Source: Clostridia bacterium
Lineage (GTDB): Bacteria; Bacillota; Clostridia; UMGS1883
Assembly: GCA_045591265.1 (NCBI GenBank)
Contig: JAZNSQ010000003.1
Coordinates: forward strand, 20,150-84,149
Length of the DNA: 64,000 nucleotides
Reading direction: 5' to 3'
The position numbers and the translations under genes were made by a program. Below the pieces are notes generated by a model. The model was not told the DNA's origin. It made no database searches and worked only from the letters and a program-made list of their open reading frames with translations. Positions within the stretch are counted from its first letter, which is position 1; each line of letters begins with the position of its first letter. Positions 49,097 to 59,100 of the stretch are shown here, piece after piece.

Positions 49097-50888
49097 CCAG
49101 CTTAAGCACGCTCATAAACGCCTCCTGCGGAAGCTCAACACTTCCGACCTGGCGCATACGCTTTTTACCTTCCTTCTGTTTTTCAAGAAGCTTTTTCTTA
49201 CGGGTAATATCACCGCCGTAGCATTTCGCAAGCACGTCCTTACGCATAGCCCTTACAGTTTCACGTGCAATAACCTTACCGCCGATTGCCGCCTGAATAG
49301 GCACTTCAAAAAGCTGACGCGGGATTGTCTCTTTAAGTTTTTCTGCAATTTTTCTTCCGCGCGCATAGCTCTTTGAAGAGTGCACGATAAAGCTAAGGGC
49401 ATCCACAACATCACCGTTTAAAAGGATATCAAGCTTTACAAGGTCGCTTTTAACATACTGACTCATTTCATAGTCAAATGAAGCATAACCACGGCTACGG
49501 CTCTTTATTGCATCGAAAAAGTCATAGATAATTTCATTGAGCGGAAGCTCATAATGAAGATTTGTTCTCTCTGAATCAAGGTATGTCATACCCTTATATA
49601 TACCGCGCCTTTCCTGACAAAGCTCCATAATCGCGCCCACATACTCACCGGGAACGAAAATGTCAGCATTTACAAAAGGCTCTTCCATATACTCTATCTC
49701 GCTTGCGGGGGGAAGATTTGTGGGGTTAGACACCCATTCCTCCTCGCCTGAGGTTTTTACAACTTTATACACAACACTTGGCGCAGTGGTAACAAGGTCA
49801 AAATTAAACTCACGCTCAAGTCTTTCTTGTATAATTTCCATATGAAGAAGTCCCAAAAATCCACAGCGGTAGCCAAAGCCGAGCGCTGCAGAGGTTTCAG
49901 GCTCAAACGAAAGTGACGCATCGTTAAGCTGAAGCTTTTCAAGTGCTTCACGAAGGTCAGAATACTTTGACCCGTCAGCAGGATAAATTCCGCAAAAGAC
50001 CATCGGGTTTACTTTTCTGTAGCCAGAAAGAGGCTCATCTGCAGGATTATCTGCATCAGTTACAGTGTCGCCCACCTGAGTGTCGCGGACTGTTTTAATG
50101 CTTGCAGCAATATAGCCTACCTCACCTGCTTTAATTTCACCTGACGGAATAAAGCTTTTAGCAGAAAGATAGCCTGTTTCAACAACCTCAAACTCCTTAC
50201 CTGTCGCCATAAAACGTATCTTCATACCCTGACGGATTACGCCCTCTTTCATACGCACATATACAATGACGCCCTTGTACGCATCATAGTAAGAGTCAAA
50301 GATAAGCGCACGGGGCTTAGCGTTAACATCCCCTTTAGGTGCAGGTATGTTTTTTACAATATATTCAGGAATTTCCTCAATATTAAGACCTGTTTTTGCA
50401 GAGATTTTTGGTGCATCCTCTGCGGGAATTCCTATAACATCTTCTATTTCCTTTATAACCTCATCTGCCCTTGCACTGGGAAGGTCAATTTTATTTATTA
50501 CGGGCAAAATCTCAAGCTCGTGGTCAAGCGCAAGGTAGGTGTTTGCAAGTGTCTGCGCCTCAATCCCCTGCGATGCATCAACGACTAAAAGCGCTCCCTC
50601 GCACGCAGCCAGTGAACGCGAAACCTCATAGTTAAAGTCAACGTGGCCTGGGGTATCGATAAGGTTTAAGACGTAATCTTTTCCATCCTCCGCCTTATAG
50701 TTAAGTCTTACGGCGCGTGCCTTTATGGTAATTCCCCTCTCGCGCTCAAGCTCCATATTGTCAAGCAGCTGATCTGACATATCGCGCTTTTCTACGCTGC
50801 CGGTAAGCTCAAGCAGTCTGTCCGCCAGAGTGCTTTTACCATGGTCTATATGTGCAATAATACAAAAATTTCTTATATTTTCCTGCAT
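49089..50888 (-). CDS. lepA: Elongation factor 4 (LepA).
   Basis: [19 protein letters not shown]-domain and the LepA-specific C-terminal domain, 599 aa. Confidence 0.95.
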   Translation of the reverse strand: MQENIRNFCIIAHIDHGKSTLADRLLELTGSVEKRDMSDQLLDNMELERERGITIKARAVRLNYKAEDGKDYVLNLIDTPGHVDFNYEVSRSLAACEGALLVVDASQGIEAQTLANTYLALDHELEILPVINKIDLPSARADEVIKEIEDVIGIPAEDAPKISAKTGLNIEEIPEYIVKNIPAPKGDVNAKPRALIFDSYYDAYKGVIVYVRMKEGVIRQGMKIRFMATGKEFEVVETGYLSAKSFIPSGEIKAGEVGYIAASIKTVRDTQVGDTVTDADNPADEPLSGYRKVNPMVFCGIYPADGSKYSDLREALEKLQLNDASLSFEPETSAALGFGYRCGFLGLLHMEIIQERLEREFNFDLVTTAPSVVYKVVKTSGEEEWVSNPTNLPPASEIEYMEEPFVNADIFVPGEYVGAIMELCQERRGIYKGMTYLDSERTNLHYELPLNEIIYDFFDAIKSRSRGYASFDYEMSQYVKSDLVKLDILLNGDVVDALSFIVHSSKSYARGRKIAEKLKETIPRQLFEVPIQAAIGGKVIARETVRAMRKDVLAKCYGGDITRKKKLLEKQKEGKKRMRQVGSVELPQEAFMSVLKLDD

Positions 50889-50967
50889 ACTTTACTTTAG
50901 AAACTCCCTTCAGTATGGGTTAATACTAAATATAACACATTTTAAAATAAAATGGAATAGTTTTTTA

Positions 50968-51828
50968 TTATCCTTTGTAATTTTCGCGGAGAAACTTGAT
51001 TTCCTCCATATATCCGTCAAGCTCGTTGGGCGTTTCAAGTAATACGGGAATGCCACGAAGCCTTGGATTATTTATGACATTTACCATAGCCTCTTTCCCT
51101 AAAAATCCCTCTCCAAGTTTTTCGTGTCTGTCCTTATGGCTTTCAAAGGGATTTTTTGTGTCATTTAAATGAATTGCACGAAGCTTATCAAGGCCGATTA
51201 TTCTGTCAAATTCATCTAAAACAGAGTCGAGGTTATTTTGAATTTCATACCCTGCGTCAAACACATGGCAGGTATCTAGGCATACACCCACATACTCGTT
51301 TAAATCTGTAAGGTCGATTATTGCTTTTAATTCCTCAAAGCTTCTTCCTATTTCGCTTCCCTTGCCTGACATTGTTTCAAGTAAAACAAATGTGCTCTGC
51401 CCTTTTTTTATAACTTTATTAAGAAGGCTTGCTGTAAGCTCAATTCCCTTTTGTGCCCCCTGCCCTACGTGGCTTCCGGGGTGGAAATTATAGAGATTTC
51501 CGGGGACGCGCTCAAGCCTTTCTAAGTCATCCTCCATAATACGAAGCGCCAAATCCCTTACCTTTTCATCTGCCGATGACGGATTTAAGGTGTATGGGGC
51601 ATGAGCAAGAATTTGAGAAAATCCGTTTTCCTTTGAAATGGAAAGAAACTCTTTTATATCATTTTCGTCAAGGTCCTTTGCTGCAAATCCGCGCGGATTT
51701 CTTGTAAAGAACTGAAATGTGTTTGCGTTAATCTGTATGGCTTCCTTCGCCATATGGGAAAATCCCTTTGACATAGAAAGATGGCATCCTACGTTAAGCA
51801 TCATATTTCCTCCTTGATTTTTTTTCAA
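50968..51828 (-). CDS. nfo: Endonuclease IV (apurinic/apyrimidinic endonuclease).
   Basis: TIM-barrel AP endonuclease-2 family motifs ([21 protein letters not shown]). Confidence 0.9.
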   Translation of the reverse strand: MKKNQGGNMMLNVGCHLSMSKGFSHMAKEAIQINANTFQFFTRNPRGFAAKDLDENDIKEFLSISKENGFSQILAHAPYTLNPSSADEKVRDLALRIMEDDLERLERVPGNLYNFHPGSHVGQGAQKGIELTASLLNKVIKKGQSTFVLLETMSGKGSEIGRSFEELKAIIDLTDLNEYVGVCLDTCHVFDAGYEIQNNLDSVLDEFDRIIGLDKLRAIHLNDTKNPFESHKDRHEKLGEGFLGKEAMVNVINNPRLRGIPVLLETPNELDGYMEEIKFLRENYKG

Positions 51829-51871
51829 ATTTGACGTATAATTACTATATTAAAATTAACGGAGAACCATT

Positions 51872-52726
51872 ATGGATAAAATTTCAAAAAAAGCATTTGC
51901 AAAAATAAATTTAACACTGGACGTGCTTGGCACCCGTGATGACGGCTATCATCTTATAAAAATGATTATGCAAAGCGTGTCTCTCTACGATATTGTTACG
52001 GTTTCCCGCGCTGAAGAAGGTATTAATTTAAAGACAAATCTTTCTTACCTTCCTTGTAATTCTGATAATATTGCTTATAAAGCTGCCAAACTCTTTTTTG
52101 AATATACAAATATAAAAGACTATGGCGTTGATATTGAAATTTCAAAGCGCATCCCTGTTGGGGCAGGACTTGCGGGCGGCAGCAGTAATGCCGCGGCAAC
52201 GCTTAAGGCATTGAATTCGCTTTATAAAACACATCTTTCAAAAAGGGAGCTTTGCTCTCTTGGTGAAAAGCTTGGGGCTGACGTTCCTTACTGCATTTTA
52301 GGAAAAACCCGTCTTGCCGAGGGAATCGGTGAAAAGCTTTCCCTTCTGCACAAAATGCCCGAATGCACAATTCTGCTTGTTAAGCCTTCTTTTTCAATAA
52401 GCACGCCTTCAGTTTATAAAAAAATTGATTTGTGCGAAAGCTTTCCAAGACCTGACACACCTAAGGTTATTCGCGGACTTGAAAGCGAGGATTTAAGCCT
52501 TATGGCAGACGGAATGGCAAACTCACTTGAGGAGGTTTGCCTGCATGAACATCCCATTTTACAAAGAATAAAGGATGAACTTATTTCTCTTGGCGCAATC
52601 AAGGCGCAGATGAGCGGAAGCGGACCTACAATGTTTGGCATTTTTAAATCTTGCGAGGATGCTTTCCACGCAAAAGAAATTCTTCGCAAGGAATACAAAA
52701 CAGTATATATTTGCTTCCCTGTATAA
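51872..52726 (+). CDS. ispE: 4-diphosphocytidyl-2-C-methyl-D-erythritol kinase.
   Basis: AKINLTLDVLGTRDDGYH and GHMP-kinase motif PVGAGLAGGSSNAAA. Confidence 0.9.
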   Translation: MDKISKKAFAKINLTLDVLGTRDDGYHLIKMIMQSVSLYDIVTVSRAEEGINLKTNLSYLPCNSDNIAYKAAKLFFEYTNIKDYGVDIEISKRIPVGAGLAGGSSNAAATLKALNSLYKTHLSKRELCSLGEKLGADVPYCILGKTRLAEGIGEKLSLLHKMPECTILLVKPSFSISTPSVYKKIDLCESFPRPDTPKVIRGLESEDLSLMADGMANSLEEVCLHEHPILQRIKDELISLGAIKAQMSGSGPTMFGIFKSCEDAFHAKEILRKEYKTVYICFPV

Positions 52727-52768
52727 AATTTTCACCATAAGTCAATACTTTTATTGAGGTGTTGATTT

Positions 52769-53383
52769 GTGAAAAAAATTACATTATTTGTTTTACTAAT
52801 AACTATTATTTCATTTTTACTTGCTTTTTACAGCATAAATGTTAATTCAAGCCTTTCATCGCCAATTGTAAGGCTTCATGTTATAGCTAACAGTAACAGT
52901 GACGGGGACCAGCTTTTAAAATATCAGGTCCGCGATGCGATACTTGAAAAATCAAAAGCTGATTTTACAAAAAAAGATGAAGTTATCGGGAGTCTGTCAT
53001 CTTATAAGGAAATTGCCGAGGAAGTTATAGCCAAATATGGTTGTGATTATAGCGTAAACGTTCAGTATGGGAATTTTCACTTTCCTACAAAGCATTACGA
53101 AAACATCTCCCTCCCTGCAGGCAAATATGACGCTGTGCGCGTTGTAATAGGTGAAGGAAAGGGAGAAAACTGGTGGTGTGTTCTATTCCCTCCGCTTTGC
53201 TTTGTTGATGGAACAACTGACGCATCTTCTGCTGAAGAAAAAATGCAGGCAATGCTCGGTGAAGAAGGCTATAACCTTATTAGTAAAGACTCACAAAAAG
53301 AGCTTCCAGTTAATATAAAATTTAAAATTGTTGAGCTTTACGGAAAGCTCAACACAAAAGAAAAGATTTATGCAAAATCATAA
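52769..53383 (+). CDS. spoIIR: Stage II sporulation protein R.
   Basis: Signal/transmembrane N-terminus, conserved RLHVIANSNSDGDQ and WWCVLFPPLCF motifs. Confidence 0.85.
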   Translation: MKKITLFVLLITIISFLLAFYSINVNSSLSSPIVRLHVIANSNSDGDQLLKYQVRDAILEKSKADFTKKDEVIGSLSSYKEIAEEVIAKYGCDYSVNVQYGNFHFPTKHYENISLPAGKYDAVRVVIGEGKGENWWCVLFPPLCFVDGTTDASSAEEKMQAMLGEEGYNLISKDSQKELPVNIKFKIVELYGKLNTKEKIYAKS

Positions 53384-53394
53384 GGAGTACTGCT

Positions 53395-54012
53395 ATGCGA
53401 ATGAGAAACCGTGCGCATCTTGAAGAAAGACTTGATGCATGCCGTGATATTACACTTAATGACCTTACTATCACCGAAGGTAAAAAAGGAAAGCCCCTCC
53501 ACATCGAAATAGGATGCGGAAAAGGAGGCTTTATAACACAAACTGCAATTAAAAATCCGTCTATTGAGCATATCGCTGTTGAAAAGGTTGCAAACGTCAT
53601 CGTGCTTGCCATGGAAAAGGCAAAAGCGCTTGAAATAAAAAACCTTTCTTTCATATGCGGTGACTTCCGCTTTTTAAGCGAAAGCATAAAGGATGGCTCA
53701 GTTGATCGCATTTACTTAAACTTTAGCGACCCGTGGCCTAAAAAAGGGTACGCTAAAAGAAGACTTACGCATGACGGATTTTTAGAAATCTATAAAAGAA
53801 TACTTGCGCCGGGTGGAGAAATCTGGTTTAAGACAGACAACCGCATTCTTTTTGACTTCTCACTCGAAAGCTTTCAAAACGGCGGATTTAGTGTATCCTC
53901 CGTTACATACGACCTACACAACTCGGACTTTAAGGACAATATAATGACCGAATACGAGGAGCGTTTTTCCTCTATAGGCACGCCGATTTGCAGACTTGTC
54001 GCACGCCTTTAG
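53395..54012 (+). CDS. trmB: tRNA (guanine46-N7)-methyltransferase.
   Basis: LHIEIGCGKGGF SAM-binding motif and NFSDPWPKK motif. Confidence 0.9.
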   Translation: MRMRNRAHLEERLDACRDITLNDLTITEGKKGKPLHIEIGCGKGGFITQTAIKNPSIEHIAVEKVANVIVLAMEKAKALEIKNLSFICGDFRFLSESIKDGSVDRIYLNFSDPWPKKGYAKRRLTHDGFLEIYKRILAPGGEIWFKTDNRILFDFSLESFQNGGFSVSSVTYDLHNSDFKDNIMTEYEERFSSIGTPICRLVARL

Positions 54013-54305
54013 ATTTCGTTATCTACCTCAAGCATATTTTCGCAAACACCGTTTATGAAATCTACAATCGCAAGGTGTGTGGGGTGCTTCTTATACACCT
54101 CAAGCGCGTCAAAATCATCAAAAAGCTCAACCAACACGGCATCATACTTACCTTTTTGAGGATTTTCCTGATAGTTGTAGCCCTTGATTTCCTTTATATC
54201 GCGCGGAAGCTTCTGTAATTCTTTTTCAAGAAGAACAAGGTTTTCACCCCTGTTTTTTCCGAGCGCGTAGGGTTTCATTTTAAAACATACTGTATGTGAA
54301 ATCAT
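54009..54305 (-). CDS. Dabb-family stress-responsive alpha/beta-barrel protein.
   Basis: About 98 aa with MISHTVCFKMK...HPTHL motifs. The start was moved to MISH, which has an AAGAGG ribosome-binding site. Confidence 0.6.
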   Translation of the reverse strand: MISHTVCFKMKPYALGKNRGENLVLLEKELQKLPRDIKEIKGYNYQENPQKGKYDAVLVELFDDFDALEVYKKHPTHLAIVDFINGVCENMLEVDNEI

Positions 54306-54375
54306 TTTATCAACCTCTTTTCGCACAGATTATATCATAAAGCGTTAAATTTTTCAATACATTTTTGGAGGAATT

Positions 54376-55449
54376 ATGTCAATAAAAATTTTGCATTGTT
54401 CAGATTTTCATATTGGGGCTTCTTTTTCGGGTTTAGACCGAAAAAGGGCAAACATAAGGCGTGATGAAATTTTGTCCGGCTTTTCCCTTGTGATAGATTA
54501 TTTTAAGGAAAAAAGCTTTGACGCCCTAATTATTTCGGGTGATCTTTTTGACACGCCTTATCCGTCAAAAAAGGATGCAGATTTTGTGAGGGAAAGGCTT
54601 TTAAGCATTTCTGATTTCCCCGTATTTATTGTGTGCGGAAATCATGATTTTCTTTCGCCTGACAGTATTTATTCAAAAGAAGACTTTTGGGGTGAAAACA
54701 CACATATCTTCTCCCCCGAAGGCGAAAGCGTTTACATAGAAAAGCTAAATACACTTTTTCACGGAATTTCCTATAAAACAAAGCTCCCTCCTGAAAATAA
54801 ATGTGATTTTAATTTAGAAGAGGGGAAGATAAATATTTTGTGCATTCATGGTGACATCACAAAAGGCAGTGAATATTTTATATGCGACCAAGAAAGCATT
54901 AAAAATTCCTCTTATGATTATGTGGCACTTGGACACATTCATGACTCGGAAATTTTCTCTATCGGAGATACTGTTTGCGCTTATGCAGGTACTCCTGAAG
55001 GGCACAGCTTTGCTGACTCTAAAAACGTGGGGTTTGTAAGTGTAGAAATCGGCGAAAAGACAAAAGCAAGCCGTATTTCTCTTACAAAAAGGCGTTATGA
55101 GCATATTGACGTAAACACAGATTCGGCTAAAAATAACGATGAAATTGCACAGAAAATTAAAGAAGTTTTAGAGGCCCCTAACCTTTACAAAATAAGGCTT
55201 GTGGGAAGTCCTGACTGCACGGTGGCGCTTTCTTACATTAAAGAAAAAACCCAGGATTGCGCATTTTACATTGAGCTTACGGATGACACGAATTCATATT
55301 TTGATATTGAAGCAATTTTAAATTCCCAAACCTTCAAGGGCGAATTTTTAAGAGAAGTAAAATCACGCGCATTTGATGATGAGATTTTTGAGCTTTCTGC
55401 AAAAATCGGACTTGATGCGCTTGACGGCAAAAAGCCTAAAATGAGGTAA
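54376..55449 (+). CDS. SbcD/Mre11-like calcineurin-family DNA repair exonuclease (YhaO-like).
   Basis: ILHCSDFHIG, GDLFD, GNHD and GHIH metallophosphoesterase motifs. Confidence 0.8.
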   Translation: MSIKILHCSDFHIGASFSGLDRKRANIRRDEILSGFSLVIDYFKEKSFDALIISGDLFDTPYPSKKDADFVRERLLSISDFPVFIVCGNHDFLSPDSIYSKEDFWGENTHIFSPEGESVYIEKLNTLFHGISYKTKLPPENKCDFNLEEGKINILCIHGDITKGSEYFICDQESIKNSSYDYVALGHIHDSEIFSIGDTVCAYAGTPEGHSFADSKNVGFVSVEIGEKTKASRISLTKRRYEHIDVNTDSAKNNDEIAQKIKEVLEAPNLYKIRLVGSPDCTVALSYIKEKTQDCAFYIELTDDTNSYFDIEAILNSQTFKGEFLREVKSRAFDDEIFELSAKIGLDALDGKKPKMR

Positions 55450-55453
55450 ATGT

Positions 55454-57046
55454 ATGATTATTAACAAGCTTGAAATTATAAATTTTGGTAAATTTAAAGA
55501 CAAGACGATAGAGTTTTGTGACGGTTTTAATACCATTTCAGGAAATAACGAAGCGGGAAAAAGCACAATTATTGACTTTATCTATATGATGCTTTACGGT
55601 TTTGGCGAAAAGAGGGGTACTCTTCCCCTTCGCGAAAAATATATTCCTTGGGATTCTTCTTACTGCGAGGGAAAGATTTTTTTAACCTTGGATGACGGCG
55701 AAAAAATCTGTGTGTATCGCAGAACAGGTGAAACAAAAAAAAGCGATACATTTAAGGTTTTTGATGAAGTTACGGGAACGGAATTAAATCTTTCCGAAGA
55801 AAAAATTGCTCCGCTTTCTTCGGGTGCATTTTTGCGCACACTTTGTATAAAACAGCTCTCAAGCGTGATTGACGGCTCTGACGAGGATATTATGCAAAGG
55901 CTTTCCGATATGGCAGTATCCGGAGAAGACGGAATTAGCTGTGACAAGGCAATTAAAATTCTTAAGGATTATAAAAGAGAGCTTGCCCCCAGAGGTAGCG
56001 GCGGCGTTTTAGGTGAGCTTAAAAGACGTTATGATGAGCTTTTGATAAAAAGTGAAAAGGAAGAAGAAAAAAGAAAAAGTCAGTACATAACAGAAAATAA
56101 ACTTAAAGCCGAAAAGGAAATACTGAAAAAAACAGAAGCAGAGTATGAAAGCTTTAAAGGCTCTGACGCATCAAGCGAAATTGCAGATATCAAAGCAAGA
56201 ATTGATGAAAAACAAAAGCAGTTAGATGCACTTTCTAAAGAAAAACCCAAAAATTTAAGACCATTGTTTGTTGGTTTAGCCGTGCTTTTCGGAGCTTTCT
56301 CTTTTATTCATTATGCCTTTTTATTTGGAGTGGCAGTTTTTGTATTCCTTGCAATTTTCTTAAAGCCAAAAAATAGCAACGGCGAAAGAGAAGCACTTTT
56401 TGGGGAAATTGACAAGCTTGAAGAGAGCCTTGGTGCGATAGAAGAAAATGCTCACAAATCAGAAAGCACGAAAAAATTGCTTTTTGAAAGATATGCCTCC
56501 TCTCAAAAAGAGGTTTACCGCCTTGAAGCATATTTAAACGAGCTTTACCGCGAAGATGAAAATGCAGATTATAAAGAGGAGCTTATGGAAGTTACAAAGG
56601 AGCTTTCAGAAGCTCAAAATATGCTTACGGCACTGAATATATCTATTGAGTCGCTTGAAAAAGCAAAAGAATATATGCATAAAAGCTTTACTCCAAAGCT
56701 AAATGAAATTGCATCAAATTATCTGTCCTTCCTTACAAATTCAAAGTACGAGCATCTTTCTGCCGATGAAAACTTCAATATACTTATAACAAGCACCATC
56801 CCCCGCAAGGGAGAGCTTTTTTCAGGCGGAACAATTGACCAGATGCATTTTTCGCTTCGCCTTGCAATAATTGATATGCTCTTTGGCGATAATAAAATAT
56901 TTTTTATTTTAGACCAGCCTTTTATGCAGTATGATGAAGAAAGAAAATCGAGCGCGCTTAACCTTTTAAAAGAGCTTTCACAAAAAAGACAAATTCTTCT
57001 TTTCGGAGAAAAGTGTGATACGGCAGATTGTAGTTTGAATTTATAA
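55454..57046 (+). CDS. SbcC/YhaN-like AAA ATPase with a coiled coil and an internal membrane hairpin.
   Basis: Walker A GNNEAGKST at the N-terminus, a coiled-coil middle, two hydrophobic segments (LFVGLAVLFGAFSFIHYAFLFGVAVFVFLAIF) and a C-terminal ABC-like signature and D-loop region. Confidence 0.75.
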   Translation: MIINKLEIINFGKFKDKTIEFCDGFNTISGNNEAGKSTIIDFIYMMLYGFGEKRGTLPLREKYIPWDSSYCEGKIFLTLDDGEKICVYRRTGETKKSDTFKVFDEVTGTELNLSEEKIAPLSSGAFLRTLCIKQLSSVIDGSDEDIMQRLSDMAVSGEDGISCDKAIKILKDYKRELAPRGSGGVLGELKRRYDELLIKSEKEEEKRKSQYITENKLKAEKEILKKTEAEYESFKGSDASSEIADIKARIDEKQKQLDALSKEKPKNLRPLFVGLAVLFGAFSFIHYAFLFGVAVFVFLAIFLKPKNSNGEREALFGEIDKLEESLGAIEENAHKSESTKKLLFERYASSQKEVYRLEAYLNELYREDENADYKEELMEVTKELSEAQNMLTALNISIESLEKAKEYMHKSFTPKLNEIASNYLSFLTNSKYEHLSADENFNILITSTIPRKGELFSGGTIDQMHFSLRLAIIDMLFGDNKIFFILDQPFMQYDEERKSSALNLLKELSQKRQILLFGEKCDTADCSLNL

Positions 57047-57107
57047 TTATTGACATTTCTTATTATTTTAGGGTATACTATAAATTAGATTACAAGGGGG
57101 TATATAT

Positions 57108-57467
57108 ATGGCAACAAAAACAGATAACAAAAACGGAAGCATTGTTATATCAAATAATGTTATTGCCAATGCAGCCGGAATAATTGCTACAAGTTGCTAC
57201 GGTGTTGTCGGAATGGCAGTTCGCAGCCCGAAAGACGGCATTGTAAGTCTTCTTAAACCTTCAAATTATTCTAAAGGAATTAAAGTTTCTGTAAGTGAAA
57301 ATGAGATAACCGTCGATATGTATATCGTGGTTGAATATGGTATGAATATAAACGCTATTTGTGAAAGTATAATGCACAGCGTTAAGTACAGACTTTCTGA
57401 AATTATCGGAATGGAAGTTAAGGCTGTTAATATTTTTGTGGAAAGCATAAGGGTTAATAACGCTTAA
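57108..57467 (+). CDS. Asp23/Gls24-family alkaline-shock/envelope stress protein.
   Basis: 119 aa with the typical Asp23-family fold sequence. Confidence 0.85.
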   Translation: MATKTDNKNGSIVISNNVIANAAGIIATSCYGVVGMAVRSPKDGIVSLLKPSNYSKGIKVSVSENEITVDMYIVVEYGMNINAICESIMHSVKYRLSEIIGMEVKAVNIFVESIRVNNA

Positions 57468-57483
57468 TTTCGGAGGCTATTTT

Positions 57484-59097
57484 ATGACAAATAATATTAA
57501 TGCACCGCTTCTTATCAATATGATAATTTCAGGTGCGAATAACTTAAGTAATAACAGAGATTATGTGGATTCCTTAAATGTCTTCCCCGTTCCTGACGGA
57601 GATACAGGAACTAATATGTCTCTTACTTTTATAAATGCATCACGCAGTGTTGAAAACACTGACTTAAACAGAGTGTGTGATGTTTTAGATGCCGTTTCAA
57701 AGGCAACGCTTCGCGGTGCACGCGGAAACTCGGGCGTAATTTTATCACAGATTTTTCGTGGCTTTGCAAAAGCCGTTACGGACTGCGAAACGCTTGATGT
57801 TCCTACAATTAAAAAGATGCTTCGCGGAGGAAGTGACACTGCCTACCGCGCGGTTATGAAGCCGACTGAAGGTACAATCCTTACAGTTATAAGAAGTATT
57901 GCCGAGGCAGGCGAGGAATGCGAAAAGGAAGATATTACAGAGTTTTTTACCTTTGTGATGGAAAAGGCGCATGCTGCGCTTAAATCTACACAACAAATGC
58001 TTCCCCAGCTTAAGCAGGCAGGCGTTGTAGATGCGGGCGGTCAGGGACTTACTTTTATCTTTGACGGATTTTTAAGTGCTATAAAGGGTGAGGTAATTAC
58101 TCTTGAAGGTCCATCCCCCGCGCCAAGTAATGCACCTGCACAGCAAAGCATTAAAACTGAAGAAATTAAGTTTACCTACTGCACTGAATTTATAATCAAT
58201 AAATACAGCGCAAAAGCTACTGCGGCAAAACTTCGCGCGTCAATCGAAACAAAGGGCGACTGTATGATTGTTATTGATGATGAAGACATCGTTAAGGTTC
58301 ACATCCATACAAATCATCCGGGTTTTGTGCTTGAACAGGCAGTTAAGCTTGGTGAACTTATAAATATCAAGATTGAAAATATGAAAGAGCAGCACACCCA
58401 GATTATTGAAGAAGCTCCGAAAAAAGAAAAGGAACCTCAAAAAGAGATTGCTTTTGTTGCGGTTTGTAATGGTGACGGTCTTGAAAAAACCTTTCTCGAG
58501 CTTGGAGTAAATAAAATAATTTCAGGCGGACAAACCATGAACCCAAGCACCGAAGATATTTTAAAAGTTGTTGAAGAGGTTAATGCAAAAAATGTTTTCA
58601 TTCTTCCAAACAATAAAAACATTATTCTTGCTGCACAGCAGGTTACAGATATTGCAGAATGCAATGTAATAGTTCTTGAAACCAAAACAATTCCTGAGGG
58701 GATTTCGGCAATGATGGCGTCTTCTTCTGACGCTTCGGTTGAGGAAAACACAAAGAAAATGACAAAAGCTATCGGCAAAGTTTCTTCAGGCAACGTGACC
58801 TATGCTGTAAAAGACACGTCTCTTGACGGAAAAGCCATTTCCAAAGGTGATATAATAGGTGTTTCAGGCGGAAAAATCCTTTCTGTAGATAAAGATATAA
58901 ACGCCTCTACTCTTTCACTTATAAATGAAATTGCAGATGAGGACAGTGAAATTATCACCCTTTATTACGGAGAGGGAATCAAAGAGAGCGAGGCAGTCTC
59001 ATTATCAGAAAAAATTGAATCCTCCTTCCCCGATGCAGACGTTTACTTGGTGCATGGCGGACAAAGTGTTTACTACTATATTATTTCTGTAGAATAA
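57484..59097 (+). CDS. yloV: DAK2-domain fusion protein YloV.
   Basis: N-terminal Dak2 domain (DGDTGTNM) plus a C-terminal DegV-like/YloV domain. Conserved asp23-yloV-recG order. Confidence 0.9.
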   Translation: MTNNINAPLLINMIISGANNLSNNRDYVDSLNVFPVPDGDTGTNMSLTFINASRSVENTDLNRVCDVLDAVSKATLRGARGNSGVILSQIFRGFAKAVTDCETLDVPTIKKMLRGGSDTAYRAVMKPTEGTILTVIRSIAEAGEECEKEDITEFFTFVMEKAHAALKSTQQMLPQLKQAGVVDAGGQGLTFIFDGFLSAIKGEVITLEGPSPAPSNAPAQQSIKTEEIKFTYCTEFIINKYSAKATAAKLRASIETKGDCMIVIDDEDIVKVHIHTNHPGFVLEQAVKLGELINIKIENMKEQHTQIIEEAPKKEKEPQKEIAFVAVCNGDGLEKTFLELGVNKIISGGQTMNPSTEDILKVVEEVNAKNVFILPNNKNIILAAQQVTDIAECNVIVLETKTIPEGISAMMASSSDASVEENTKKMTKAIGKVSSGNVTYAVKDTSLDGKAISKGDIIGVSGGKILSVDKDINASTLSLINEIADEDSEIITLYYGEGIKESEAVSLSEKIESSFPDADVYLVHGGQSVYYYIISVE

Positions 59098-59100
59098 GGT

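Noticed and set aside
54376-57046. SbcD-like nuclease plus SMC-like ATPase pair as an anti-phage defence system (Lamassu/Gabija-like).
   Set aside because: The architecture and neighbourhood match the conserved Firmicutes yhaO/yhaN DNA-repair pair, embedded among core genes (trmB, asp23, yloV, recG), not a defence island.
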